This document shows, in pieces, positions 29,753 to 39,700 of a DNA stretch of 64,000 nucleotides. Numbering within the stretch: position 1 is the first letter of the stretch; every line of letters starts with the position of its first letter. The DNA lies in contig CBDBCF010000001.1 of assembly GCA_965202985.1 (NCBI GenBank), forward strand, positions 1,600,001-1,664,000, written 5' to 3'. The notes beneath the pieces were generated by a model. That model was not told where the DNA came from. It ran no database searches and was given only the letters and a program-made list of their open reading frames with translations. Position numbers and translations under genes: made by a program. The DNA comes from Longimicrobiales bacterium (lineage in GTDB: Bacteria > Gemmatimonadota > Gemmatimonadetes > Longimicrobiales > Gaopeijiaceae).

Positions 29753-30890
29753 GCACCTCACGGTACGTAGCCCTCGTGGACCAGCTGCGCCGTCGGTCAT
29801 TCGAGACCAAGTGGCTGGGCCAGAGATCAGCCCGTGAGCTTCTGCGGAACGGCCTACGTGCGGATCGGCAGCAGCAAGGCCGAGCTGTCGAAGTACCCGG
29901 ACAGGGCCCGGACGATCTGGGCCCGCGAACTCGACTGGCCGGCCCAGCCCTGCAACGGTGTGGGGCTTTCCGTCCTTGAGCCGGTGACGCTGGCGAAGGC
30001 ACGCGAGCGATTCTTGGAGCGGCACCCGGCCCAGAAGCACGACATCCAAGGTTGGGACGACTCGACGTTTCTTCACAAGACCCGGCTCTTCAGGGACGGT
30101 GCGGCGACGAACGCGGCATTGCTCCTGCTGGGGCGTCCCGAGTCCGCCAGCCTGCTTGAGGACGGGATCGCCTGGCTGTTCTGGATACTCAAGGACGCGG
30201 ACAACCGGCCGCTCGACAGCGCGAATCGAACTTCCCTTTCTCGATGCGGGCGACCGCGTGCTGCAGCGCATACGAAACCTGCCCGTTCGGTTCATGCCGA
30301 AAGGAACGGTGACGCCGAAACAGTTCGACCAGTAACGACGCCTGGGTGGTTCGCGAGACCGTTCACAACGCCATTGCGCACCAGGACCACTATCGGAAAT
30401 GCCGTGTTCCCGTGGGTCGAGTTTCCCGATCGCGTGATCGTGAACAACGCCGGGGCCTTCCTGCCCGGCGACGTGGAAAACGGCGATCCGCCGAAACGCA
30501 CCGGGGATTCGCTATCAGAGCCGCTGCTGGCGGGTGCCATGTACGCATTTGGCGTCATCGAGTCCCAGGGAGGCGGCATTCGGAAGATGTTCGAGACGCA
30601 GCGCGAACGGTTCTTCCCGCTCTCCGACTACGACCTGGCCGAGTACGGTTACGTGGAGGTGACGATTCACGGCCGGCTGTTCGGGGAATCGTACTCGCGG
30701 CTGCTGATGGAGCGGCCGGACCTGGACTTGGAGCAGGTCATGCTCCTGAATAAGGTGCAGAAGGGGCTTCCCATCAGCCCCAAGGCGCATCTGGAACTGG
30801 AAGCCGAAGGACTGGTTCGCGGCTCGCATCCGCATCACGAGGTCACCGACCCGAATCTGGACGTGACGGCCCCGAGTGCCCACAAACGGC
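29749..30890 (+). pseudogene. AlbA_2 (Schlafen-like)/RecG-C-terminal ATP-binding protein, internally deleted and frameshifted
   Basis: ETKWL start, YVRIGSS, TNAALLLLG, RE.VHNAIAHQDY, EFPDR..V.NAG and GGGIRKMF spread over several frames; cut by IS at 30891. Confidence 0.75.
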
Positions 30891-32862
30891 CTAGACCGAA
30901 GTTCCGGAGTCTCTAATGCCTGTAAGTCGTTGCGTGGTGGCGAGATAGATCATGCTGGGGTTGTACGCTACTGGGTACGTCGGCTCATGGCTTGACGCCG
31001 AGGAGTCGGAAGGCGCGGTCCTGGACCGGCGTGGGAACGGTGAGCACATCCACGGCCGCGGCTCCCTTGGGCTGGACGCGGTTGCGGGCCAGCGTGCCCA
31101 AGTCTTTGAGCAGGGTCTGGAAGCTGTGGACGGGCAAGCCGTCGGAGGTGCGCTTCCGACCGCTGGCCTTGGCCCGGGCCGCGGGCGACGACCGCGCGAG
31201 CGCCACGGGAGACGGTCGCGCCTCGGCGTCGGTCGCCGCTTCGTGGTCGTCGAAGAGCATGGGAGCCAGCGCGCGGCGCATGTGCCACTCGACGTAGTAG
31301 GCGAGCATGCACAGGAACACGTGGGCGCGCACGCGGTCGGCGAGCCGGTGGTGGACGGGTCGCACCTTCAAGTCCACCGTCTTGAAGCTGCGGAACGCCC
31401 GCTCGATCCGTCCCAGGCCCTTGTAGGCGCGCACGGCGTCGGCGGCGCTCAGCTTCCGCTTCGCCACGTTGGTGCGCAGCACGTACACGCCGTCCAGCGC
31501 CGCTTCCCGGGCGATCCGCGCTTCGTTGCGGGCATACGAGAACGAGTCGCGCGTCGCGCGCACCTCGAAGTGCTTGCCCACCTTGCGCGACCGCAGCGCG
31601 CGGTCCGCACGCACGGCGATCCGCGCCTCGCCGCGCAGCGGCCGCCGCTCCCGCCGCACGGCTTGCGCCACCTGCGCGAGCTTCGCCTCCGTGTCGGCCA
31701 GCAGCTCCCTGCGCTTGCGCGCTCGCTCCTCGGCCAGCAACGGGTTCCTGCACACCACCAGCCGCTCGCCCGGATACAGCGCCGGCGCCTCGATCTCCGC
31801 CAGGTCCTGCTCGTCGAACAGCGACAGCTGCAAGCAGCCCTCGGCTGCCAGCTTCTGCACTTCGGGCGCGCGCAGCGCCGTGATCCAGTCCAGCCCGGCC
31901 GGCTCGACCTCTTCTCGGATGCGGGCGCTCGTCAGCAGTCCGCGGTCGCCCACCACCACGACCTTCGTCAGTCCGAAGCGACCGCACAGCTTCTGCAGCT
32001 GACCGCCCAGCACGCCCGGGTCCGCCGTGTTCCCCTCGAACACCTCGACCGCCACCGGACAGCCGTCGGCCGCGCACAGCAGCGCGAAGACGATCTGCAG
32101 CGAGCCCCGCTTGCCGTCGCGCGAATGCCCTCGCTTCGCCAGCGGACAGCAACGGGGCCCTCGAAGTACGACGACGTCACGTCGCACAGCACCAGCGAGC
32201 CGTCCTGCAGGCGCCTCCGCGCCAGTCCGCGCTCGATCTTGTCCTGCCTTGCCAGCAGCCAGTCCATCGCCCGGTACAGCTCGTCGGCGTCCGCGTCCTC
32301 GACATCCAACTCCTCGGCCAGCGTGCTGGTCAGCGTCTCGCGGCCCAAGCCCCGAGCCGTCGCAGCTTCGAGCCGGGGTCCAGTATGCGCGCCAGCGCCA
32401 TGGCCGCGGCCAGCGACCGGTTCCTCGAGGGCTTGCGGTCCAGCAGCCGCTCGAAGCCCAGCTTGCGGGCGGCGCCGACGACGGCTGCGACGTGGCCGTG
32501 GGGACGCGAGCGCTCGATGCGGAAGACGTCGTCGATCGACGGCAGCGCGACGCCGCCCCTGAGCAGGACGCGGAGCCCCTCGACGAGCTCGTCGGGCCAG
32601 CGGGAAAGGTTGGCCAGCGTCTGCTTGCGCACCTTGCCGCCTTCGCGGTAGGAGCGCCGCAGCAAGACGGCGGGCGGCGAGTTCCGGTTGGGCACGCGTT
32701 CGATGTACATGGGCATGACCGTAGCGTCAGAACGAAATCATGTCAACTCCAACCAAGATCGCTACATGGGTACATACGACGATGGCAGAAAGCCCGCAAG
32801 TCCTTCAACTGCAACGACTTGCGACGCCAGAACCGGCGAATTCCTGCGGAACTTCGGCCTAG
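30891..32862 (-). mobile_element. IS1634-family insertion sequence
   Basis: Terminal IRs CTAGACCGAAGTTCCG / CGGAACTTCGGCCTAG (1 mismatch) plus a subterminal AAGTCGTTGC motif at both ends. Confidence 0.85.
30985..32716 (-). pseudogene. IS1634-family transposase with two frameshifts (~32350, ~32160)
   Basis: MYIERVPNRNSPPAVLLRRSYREGGKVR, DVTSSYFEG, GDRG, IERAFR and VRAHVFLCMLAY in three successive frames. Confidence 0.85.
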
Positions 32863-32879
32863 ATGAGTCGCCACCGGAC

Positions 32880-33237
32880 CTGGGCTACCAACACTATGTG
32901 GACCTGGTGCCCGCCGGGCCGAGGACGACGATGTTGTGGCCGTCGTCGATCCAGTCGCCTCCGTTGGCGAGGACGCGGACCAAGCGTCCGACAGCCCGGG
33001 CAGGCGGTCGAAGTCGAAGTTGTCGAGCGTCTTGCTGGTGGGCAGCCCGGCCCCGGTGGGGTGGCGCTCGAGGCGACGGCGCGCGCGGTCGGCGAGTTCC
33101 TGGTCGGCGAGATGGGCGAGGTAGCGGTGATGGGACCAGCCTTCGCGCTCGGCCCGTTGGGCCAGCGACCTCCACATGTCCTTCATGGTCGGCACGCCCA
33201 GCTCCCGGAGCATCCGGTCGACTTCGGCTCTGTCCAC
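32880..33237 (-). pseudogene. istB: IS21-family helper ATPase IstB remnant
   Basis: AEREGWSH..YL..L...E, KTLDNFDF, then a frameshifted NIVVLGPAGT degenerate Walker A; no istA present. Confidence 0.8.
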
Positions 33238-33266
33238 GACGGAGGGCTGCTGCTAGATTGTGGTGG

Positions 33267-35009
33267 CTAGCGGCGGTCCATTTCAGAGCGGAGGGAGCGT
33301 GGTGAAGAAGCAGTACCAAGCGTGGACGCAAGACCAGTTGTACTTGATGCCGCCGTCGATGCGGGAGTGGCTTCCGGCCGACCACTTGGTGTGGTTCGTG
33401 CTGGACGTGGTGTCGGAGCTGGACATCACGGCGATCGAGGCTGCGGTGCAGGAGAAGGACGCTCGGGGCCAGCGGCCGTACGATCCGCGGATGATGGTGG
33501 CGCTGCTGGTGTACTCGTACAGTTCGGGCGTGTACTCGTCGCGGCGGATGGCGCGGGCGTGCCGCGAGAACGTGGCGTTCCGGGTTCTGACGGGGAACGT
33601 CGAGCCTCACTTCACGACGATCAACGAGTTCCGCCGCGTGCATCGCAAGCACTTCGAGCGTTTGTTCGTCGAGGTGCTGAGGCTGTGCGGCGCGGCGGGG
33701 CTGGTGAAGTTGAGGCACGTGGCGGTGGACGGGACGAAGGTCGAGGCGAACGCGAGCAAGCACAAGGCGATGAGCTACAAGCGCCTGGTGGCGGAGGAGA
33801 AGCGGCTGCGCGCGGAGGTGGCGCGGATGCTGGCGGAGGCGGAGGCGGCGGACCGGGCCGAGTCGGAGCGGACGGAGGCGAGCGGCGCCGACGGGCTGCC
33901 GGAGGAGTTGAGTCGGCGCGAGGACCGGCTGGCGCGGATACGGGAGGCGAAGGCGCGGCTGGAAGAGGCGGCGCGGCTGACGCGTGCGCGCAAGCTGCGG
34001 ACGCAGGCGGCGGGCATGGAGCGGACGGCGGCGGGCCACGGCAACCCGGCGGTGGCGAAGGGGCTGCGGACGCGGGCGGCTGGATGCCGGGCGCGGGCGA
34101 ACGTGTTGGACCCGCAGGGCGCGCAAGCAGCGGAGCCGCCGGAGCGGGTGCCGGGGCTGTTGCCGCCAAAGGAGACGCCGGCGACGCCGGAGGCGCTGCC
34201 GACGGACGGGGCGCAGCGCAACTTCACGGACCCGGAGAGCCACGTCATGATGGGGACGCACGGGTTCGTGCAGGCGTACAACGCGCAGCTGGCGGTGGAC
34301 GACGCCGCGCAGGTCGTCGTGGCGCACGGGGTGACGAACCAGCCGGCCGACTGCCGCAACTTGGAGCCGGTGATCGAACGCGCCAAGGAGAACGTAGGCG
34401 AAGCGCCGGCGAACGCGACCGCCGACGCCGGCTACTGGAACCCGGAAGTCGAGGCGCGAGCGCGGGCCCTGGGGACGGAAGCGTGGGTGGCGACGGCGCG
34501 CAAGCCCGCGGAGGCGCCGTCGGACGCGGGCGCGACCGCGCACGACGAAGCGTCGCCCCGGGAGCGGATGCGGGCTCGCGTGACGAGCGAGGACGGACGG
34601 GCGCTGTACGCGCGCCGCAAGGCCGTGGTCGAGCCGGTGAACGGCCAGATCAAGCAGGCGCGCGGCTTCCGGCGCTTCTCGTTCCGAGGACTCGAGGCGG
34701 TCGAGGCCGAGTGGGCGCTGGTGTGCGCCTGCCACAACCTGCTCAAGCTGTTCGCCAACCGCCCGCAACAGGGGCGCCGTGCGCCCAAACGCCGCGCTCC
34801 GCACGCCCTGCGCCCCTCTTTTCGCCCGAATTCGGCCTCTCGGCGCCCTTCGGACGCCCGCCGACGCCCAAGACTGCCCATCGATCTGCTCGGCACACGC
34901 CGACGTGCCCCCTCCAACATGCGCGCCCGCCTCCAACGTGTCCCGCCAACACGCCCCGCCCGGCTTCGCTTCGCCCGCCGTGCGCTACGCCCTACGGGCT
35001 CCTAGCGGC
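33267..35009 (+). mobile_element. IS1182-family element (ends uncertain)
   Basis: Transposase flanked by CTAGCGGC at 33267 and 35002; no convincing inverted-repeat pair found. Confidence 0.6.
33302..35005 (+). CDS. IS1182-family transposase
   Basis: LMPPSMREWLPADHL, YDPRMM, VDGTKVEANASKHK, NFTDPES, ADAGY and VEPVNGQIK motifs. Confidence 0.93.
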   Translation: MKKQYQAWTQDQLYLMPPSMREWLPADHLVWFVLDVVSELDITAIEAAVQEKDARGQRPYDPRMMVALLVYSYSSGVYSSRRMARACRENVAFRVLTGNVEPHFTTINEFRRVHRKHFERLFVEVLRLCGAAGLVKLRHVAVDGTKVEANASKHKAMSYKRLVAEEKRLRAEVARMLAEAEAADRAESERTEASGADGLPEELSRREDRLARIREAKARLEEAARLTRARKLRTQAAGMERTAAGHGNPAVAKGLRTRAAGCRARANVLDPQGAQAAEPPERVPGLLPPKETPATPEALPTDGAQRNFTDPESHVMMGTHGFVQAYNAQLAVDDAAQVVVAHGVTNQPADCRNLEPVIERAKENVGEAPANATADAGYWNPEVEARARALGTEAWVATARKPAEAPSDAGATAHDEASPRERMRARVTSEDGRALYARRKAVVEPVNGQIKQARGFRRFSFRGLEAVEAEWALVCACHNLLKLFANRPQQGRRAPKRRAPHALRPSFRPNSASRRPSDARRRPRLPIDLLGTRRRAPSNMRARLQRVPPTRPARLRFARRALRPTGS

Positions 35010-35034
35010 TCATTGAGCATCTCCTTCTGCTCCT

Positions 35035-35799
35035 TTACGCCACGAGGCTCTTCACCGCATCTTCCCGGGCCGACCAGAGAATCGTCCGCACACCGTAGCT
35101 GTCGAGTGCCCTGTCGACGGACGGTGGTACGGATCCGCCTGTGTCGTTGAGGATGGCGTAGGCGGCCGCGTTGGGGTCGCGGACCTCCTTGGTGTCCAGC
35201 CATGCGAAAGCCATCGTCTGCGCCGTGTTGCGGTCCGGTCGGTTGATCGACCTGCATAGGCGTTCGGGTTGATCCGGCGATTTCGGGATGACGAAATCGA
35301 ACTTGTGGTCGTAGCCGCTCTTGCCCGAGAACTTGACATTCGGCGTGTATCTGACGCTGGATGTGTCGAGCCACGTGGTCACGTCTTCGTGAAACAGGCT
35401 CTCCACTGTCGGCGATGCCAAGTAGAACATGTCGGAAACAGCGAGCATGGCTTGAAGAAGGCTGTGCTTGCGGAGTCCGAAGTCTTCGGGGGAGGTCGCC
35501 ACCTGCAAAGCACCCGCAACCTCTTGAACTCCAAAGCCGTTGAGTGTTTCCTGCAGCAACGAGCGACGCTTGTCGCTGGTTGCCTCGAAGCCAGCCTGTG
35601 CCAAGTCGTTGAGCACGTAGCCGTCGTCTGTAAGGATGAGGTCGTCACCATGCTTTCCGGCATACAACTGAAGGCAGTCGTTATGGCGGTCGAGGTAGGG
35701 AGTCGTGATCTCGACGTAATCGCCGACTTCCCGGATCGCCGTCTGCTCCTGCAACCAGTTCCAGTACCGGTCCAAGAGGCGTTGGACCTCACCGATCAT
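35035..35799 (-). CDS. DUF1828/DUF1829-domain protein, copy B
   Basis: EITTPYLDRHND..LTDDGY, GKSGYDHKFDFVIP, AWLDT; ATGA coupling to the upstream gene. Confidence 0.82.
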   Translation of the reverse strand: MIGEVQRLLDRYWNWLQEQTAIREVGDYVEITTPYLDRHNDCLQLYAGKHGDDLILTDDGYVLNDLAQAGFEATSDKRRSLLQETLNGFGVQEVAGALQVATSPEDFGLRKHSLLQAMLAVSDMFYLASPTVESLFHEDVTTWLDTSSVRYTPNVKFSGKSGYDHKFDFVIPKSPDQPERLCRSINRPDRNTAQTMAFAWLDTKEVRDPNAAAYAILNDTGGSVPPSVDRALDSYGVRTILWSAREDAVKSLVA

Positions 35800-36251
35800 G
35801 CCGGCTCCAGACCCTGTTCGATGGCTGGACGGTCAACGACGTTGCAGAAGCCCATAAAGTCCGTAAGCATGGTCCATGGATCCGTGGTATTCGTGACAAA
35901 CCTGTCGAATGGCACCTCATAGGCCCATTTGTCCCCGAAGCCCTCTTGGTATAGGTGAAGATGGGGTGACATGACCGGCTGGCCATCCGGGTTGCGGTGC
36001 GGCTTCCCGCCAAAATCTAGACGAGCAAGAACGACAGTCTTTCGAGCGCGGTTCTGGTAGCTGCCCTTAGTCATGTCGATGCTGTTTCGAGTGACGTCGA
36101 GCAAAAACTTCTCGCACTTGTCCGTGCTCGTCAAGGGAATCACGATCCGCCCGCCAAGGCTCGGGTACTTCCATACCTTGGCGTCCACACGACGCTTGGG
36201 AGTCCCCAGCAGTCGGTCGGCATCCGCTTGGGTCATCAGGTTCGTTGGCAT
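35796..36251 (-). CDS. DUF6978-like protein, copy B
   Basis: LARLDFGGKPHRNPDG...PHLHLYQEGFGDKWA...FCNV. Confidence 0.78.
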   Translation of the reverse strand: MPTNLMTQADADRLLGTPKRRVDAKVWKYPSLGGRIVIPLTSTDKCEKFLLDVTRNSIDMTKGSYQNRARKTVVLARLDFGGKPHRNPDGQPVMSPHLHLYQEGFGDKWAYEVPFDRFVTNTTDPWTMLTDFMGFCNVVDRPAIEQGLEPA

Positions 36252-36544
36252 CGCTGTCGAATCGTCACGTCAGGAGTCGTTTCGCCCCACCTGGGAAGAC
36301 GGCACATCGACCAGTAGCTTGGGAGCCAAGGCCGATCTCTGTCAAGACCAGTGTGCCCGCCCCGGGACACCTCGCGCGCCCCGAGACTGCACGCAAGTGA
36401 CCCTCTCGGCCGGCCGACCGGCACTCTTGGCACAGGCCAAACGAGGCTGGCTGACGTCGCTAACGACCATTATGTTGACTCGATTGCGTACTACCGAACC
36501 CTGAACCGTGCCGGGCAAGGGAGCCTACACACCCCCGCACCGTC

Positions 36545-39500
36545 ATGCCTACCGACACCACCGAACGCGGCCTCGAACGCCTGATCTGCGTCGCAATGAC
36601 GGGCTCGCCCTGCGATCCAGGGGCTATCCCCGGCGGCGACAGCACCGGCAGCACCGCCAGCGACGGTCGCGCATTCCCCGCCAAGGTGCGGGAGCCTCGG
36701 CGCATCTACGACGCGGGCGCGCCCAGCGGCCAACCGCGCGGCTCCGGCTGGACCTGCGGCAACCCGCGCGACTACGACCGCGAGCACTACGTGGATATGG
36801 CGCAGCTCGCGGCGTTTCTCTCCGACACGCAGCCCGAGACAGCCGAAGCCCTGGCCTTGCGCGGAAACGGCCCGGCCCGCCGCAAGTTCCTGGCTCGCGT
36901 CCGGGGCCAGATCAGCAGGCGCGGCACCATCGACGTGCTCCGCCACGGCGTCAGGCACGGCCCCCGCGAGATCAGCCTCTTCTACGGCACGCCGTCTCCG
37001 GGCAACGAGGCGGCCAAGACGCGCTACGACGCCAACCGCTTCACGGTCACGCGACAGCTGCACTACAGCCTGGACCAGCCGGGGCTGGCGCTGGACTTGG
37101 CGCTGTTCGTCAACGGGCTGCCGGTGGTCACCTTCGAGCTCAAGAACCGGCTGACCAAGCAGACGGTGCACGACGCGGTGCGTCAGTACGCGCGCGACCG
37201 CAGTCCTCGGGAGCGGCTGTTCGAGCTTGGGCGGTGCATGGCGCACTTCGCGGTGGACGAGCAACGCGTGCGGTTCTGCACCCACCTGTGCGGCAAGGAC
37301 TCGTGGTTCCTGCCCTTCGACCGGGGGCACGCGGGCGGCGCGGGCAATCCTCCGAACCCCGCCGGCCTTCGCACCGCCTATCTGTGGGAAGAGGTGCTGG
37401 CCCCGGACAGCTTGGTCGGCATCGTCGAGAACTACGCGCAGGCGCTGGCCGAGAAGGACCCAAAGACGGGACGCCGCCGCAAGACGCAAATCTGGCCCAG
37501 GTACCATCAACTGGACGTAGTGCGGCGGCTGCTGGACGACGCTCTCCGTCACGGTCCCGGACGGCGCTATCTGATCCAGCACTCGGCGGGCAGCGGCAAG
37601 TCCAACTCCATCGCTTGGCTGGCGCACCAGCTGATCGGTCTGGCCCAGCGCGGCGAGCCCGTCTTCGATGCGGTCGTGGTCGTCACCGACCGGCGCATTC
37701 TGGACCGGCAGATCCGCGACACGATCAAGCAGTTCGCGCAGGTTGGCGCGACCGTCGGCCACGCCACGCGCTCCCGCGATCTGCGCCGGTTCATCGAGGG
37801 CGGCAAGAAGATCGTCGTCTCCACGGTGCAGAAGTTCCCGTTCATCCTGGACGAGATTCGGGAGCAGCAGGTCGGCCGCACCTTTGCCATCGTCATCGAC
37901 GAGGCGCACTCCAGCCAAGGAGGCCGACAGTCGGGGGCCATGTCGCAGGCGCTCTCGGGGTCGGGGAGCGCGGGCGGCGCAATGGCCGAACGGGACGCCG
38001 CCGCCGGAGACGCCACCGCCAACGCGGTCGCCGACGCCGACGGCGATACGGACACGCTTGAAGACCGGATCAACCGCATCGTCGAATCCCGTCGAATGTT
38101 GCCCAACGCCAGCTACTTCGCGTTCACGGCGACGCCCAAGAACAAGACGCTGGAGCTCTTCGGGACGCCCGTGCCGCAGCCCGGCGACGATCCGCCGAAG
38201 CGCCGTCCCTTCCACGCCTACACCATGAAGCAGGCGGTCCAGGAGGGCTTCATTCTGGACGTGCTGCAGCACTACACGCCCGTGCGCAGCTACTACCGGC
38301 TGGTCAAGAGCGTGGAGGACGACCCCCTCTTCGACGCCAATCGCGCGGCGAAGAAGCTGCGGCGGTACGTCGAGGACCACGACCACGCGATCCGCTTGAA
38401 GGCGGAGATCATGGCGGATCACTTTCACAACCAGGTGGTGGCAAAGCGCAAGATCGGCGGCAAGGCCAGGGCGATGGTCGTAACGAGCAGCGTCCGGCGC
38501 GCCATCCAGTACTACGACGCCGTTCAAGCCTACCTGTCCGCGCGGAAGAGAGGGTACAAGGCGCTTGTGGCGTTCTCCGGCGAGCGCGAACACGGCGGCG
38601 CGACGGTTTCTGAGGCGTCGCTGAACGGATTCCCCGAGTCGCAGACCGCCGACAAGTTTCGCGAGGACCCGCACCGTATCCTGGTGTGCGCCGACAAGTT
38701 CCAGACCGGCTACGACGAGCCGTTGTTGCACACGATGTACGTGGACAAGCCGCTGTCGGGTGTGCGCGCGGTGCAGACGTTGTCGCGCCTGAACCGGGCC
38801 TGTCCTGGCAAGCACGACGTGGCGGTGCTGGACTTCGCGAACGACGAGGATGCGATCAAGGCGGCGTTTGAGCCGTACCACCAGACGACGATCTTGTCGG
38901 GCGAGACCGACCCCGACAGGCTCCACGACCTGCAGAGCGCCCTGGACGCTTGCCAAGTCTACGACCCGGACAGCGTGGACGAGTTCGTGGAGCTGTATCT
39001 GGGCTACGCGGGCCGGGAGCGGCTCGACCCGATCCTTGACGGGAGCGTGGAGGCCTACGTGAACGACCTGGACGAGGACGGCCAAGTGGAGTTCAAGGGG
39101 AAGGCCAAGACGTTCCTGCGCACCTACGACTTCCTGTCGTCGATCCTGCCGTACGCGTATCCGCCTTGGGAGAAGCGGTCGATCTTTCTGCACTTTCTGA
39201 TTCCCAGGCTGCCGGCGCCCAGGGAAGAAGACCTGTCGCGGGGCATTCTGGAAGCGATCGACATGGACAGCTACCGGATCGAAAAGCAGGCGGTACGGGC
39301 GATCTGGATGAGCGAAGAGGAAGAAGAGATCGATCCCGTGCCCGTGGGCGGCGGCGGCCATGCCCGCGAACTCGAACTGGACATGCTGTCCGCGATCATC
39401 GCCCAGTTCAACGAGCGGTGGGGCGGAGACGGCCAGTGGCGCGACGAGGACCGCGTGCGTCGCTTGATCACCGAGGACTTGCCCTCCGCGGTCCGGGCCG

Positions 39501-39700
39501 ACGAATCCTTTCGCAACGCGCAAGAGCATTCCGACGGCCAGAACGTGCGGATCGAGCACGACAAGGCGTTGAAGCGCGCGGTCAACGGAACCATCGAAGA
39601 CGACATGCAGTTCTTCAAGCGCTTCTCCGACGACGAGTCCTTCAAGCGCTGGGTGGCGGAGAGCATCTTCCGGCTGGTGTCGTCGTCGGGCGGTCCTTAG
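36545..39700 (+). CDS. hsdR: type I R-M restriction subunit
   Basis: D..LFVNGLP..FELK nuclease motif, HSAGSGKS Walker A, DEAH, FTATP, QTGYDEP and VQTLSRLNR. Confidence 0.96.
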   Translation: MPTDTTERGLERLICVAMTGSPCDPGAIPGGDSTGSTASDGRAFPAKVREPRRIYDAGAPSGQPRGSGWTCGNPRDYDREHYVDMAQLAAFLSDTQPETAEALALRGNGPARRKFLARVRGQISRRGTIDVLRHGVRHGPREISLFYGTPSPGNEAAKTRYDANRFTVTRQLHYSLDQPGLALDLALFVNGLPVVTFELKNRLTKQTVHDAVRQYARDRSPRERLFELGRCMAHFAVDEQRVRFCTHLCGKDSWFLPFDRGHAGGAGNPPNPAGLRTAYLWEEVLAPDSLVGIVENYAQALAEKDPKTGRRRKTQIWPRYHQLDVVRRLLDDALRHGPGRRYLIQHSAGSGKSNSIAWLAHQLIGLAQRGEPVFDAVVVVTDRRILDRQIRDTIKQFAQVGATVGHATRSRDLRRFIEGGKKIVVSTVQKFPFILDEIREQQVGRTFAIVIDEAHSSQGGRQSGAMSQALSGSGSAGGAMAERDAAAGDATANAVADADGDTDTLEDRINRIVESRRMLPNASYFAFTATPKNKTLELFGTPVPQPGDDPPKRRPFHAYTMKQAVQEGFILDVLQHYTPVRSYYRLVKSVEDDPLFDANRAAKKLRRYVEDHDHAIRLKAEIMADHFHNQVVAKRKIGGKARAMVVTSSVRRAIQYYDAVQAYLSARKRGYKALVAFSGEREHGGATVSEASLNGFPESQTADKFREDPHRILVCADKFQTGYDEPLLHTMYVDKPLSGVRAVQTLSRLNRACPGKHDVAVLDFANDEDAIKAAFEPYHQTTILSGETDPDRLHDLQSALDACQVYDPDSVDEFVELYLGYAGRERLDPILDGSVEAYVNDLDEDGQVEFKGKAKTFLRTYDFLSSILPYAYPPWEKRSIFLHFLIPRLPAPREEDLSRGILEAIDMDSYRIEKQAVRAIWMSEEEEEIDPVPVGGGGHARELELDMLSAIIAQFNERWGGDGQWRDEDRVRRLITEDLPSAVRADESFRNAQEHSDGQNVRIEHDKALKRAVNGTIEDDMQFFKRFSDDESFKRWVAESIFRLVSSSGGP

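Larger units (their letters stand above)
21460..39700. other. defence island built around a type I R-M locus
   Basis: Lower-GC blocks, hsdM/S/R, PIN genes, DUF modules, three IS elements and pseudogenes between intact host genes. Confidence 0.8.

Noticed and set aside
30985..32716. Programmed frameshifting in the IS1634 transposase
   Set aside because: Two separate shifts without a clear slippery A-run, in a family normally encoded by one ORF; decay or sequence error is more likely
36425..36445. TTGGCAC upstream of hsdR as a sigma-54 promoter
   Set aside because: No TTGC -12 element at the required spacing
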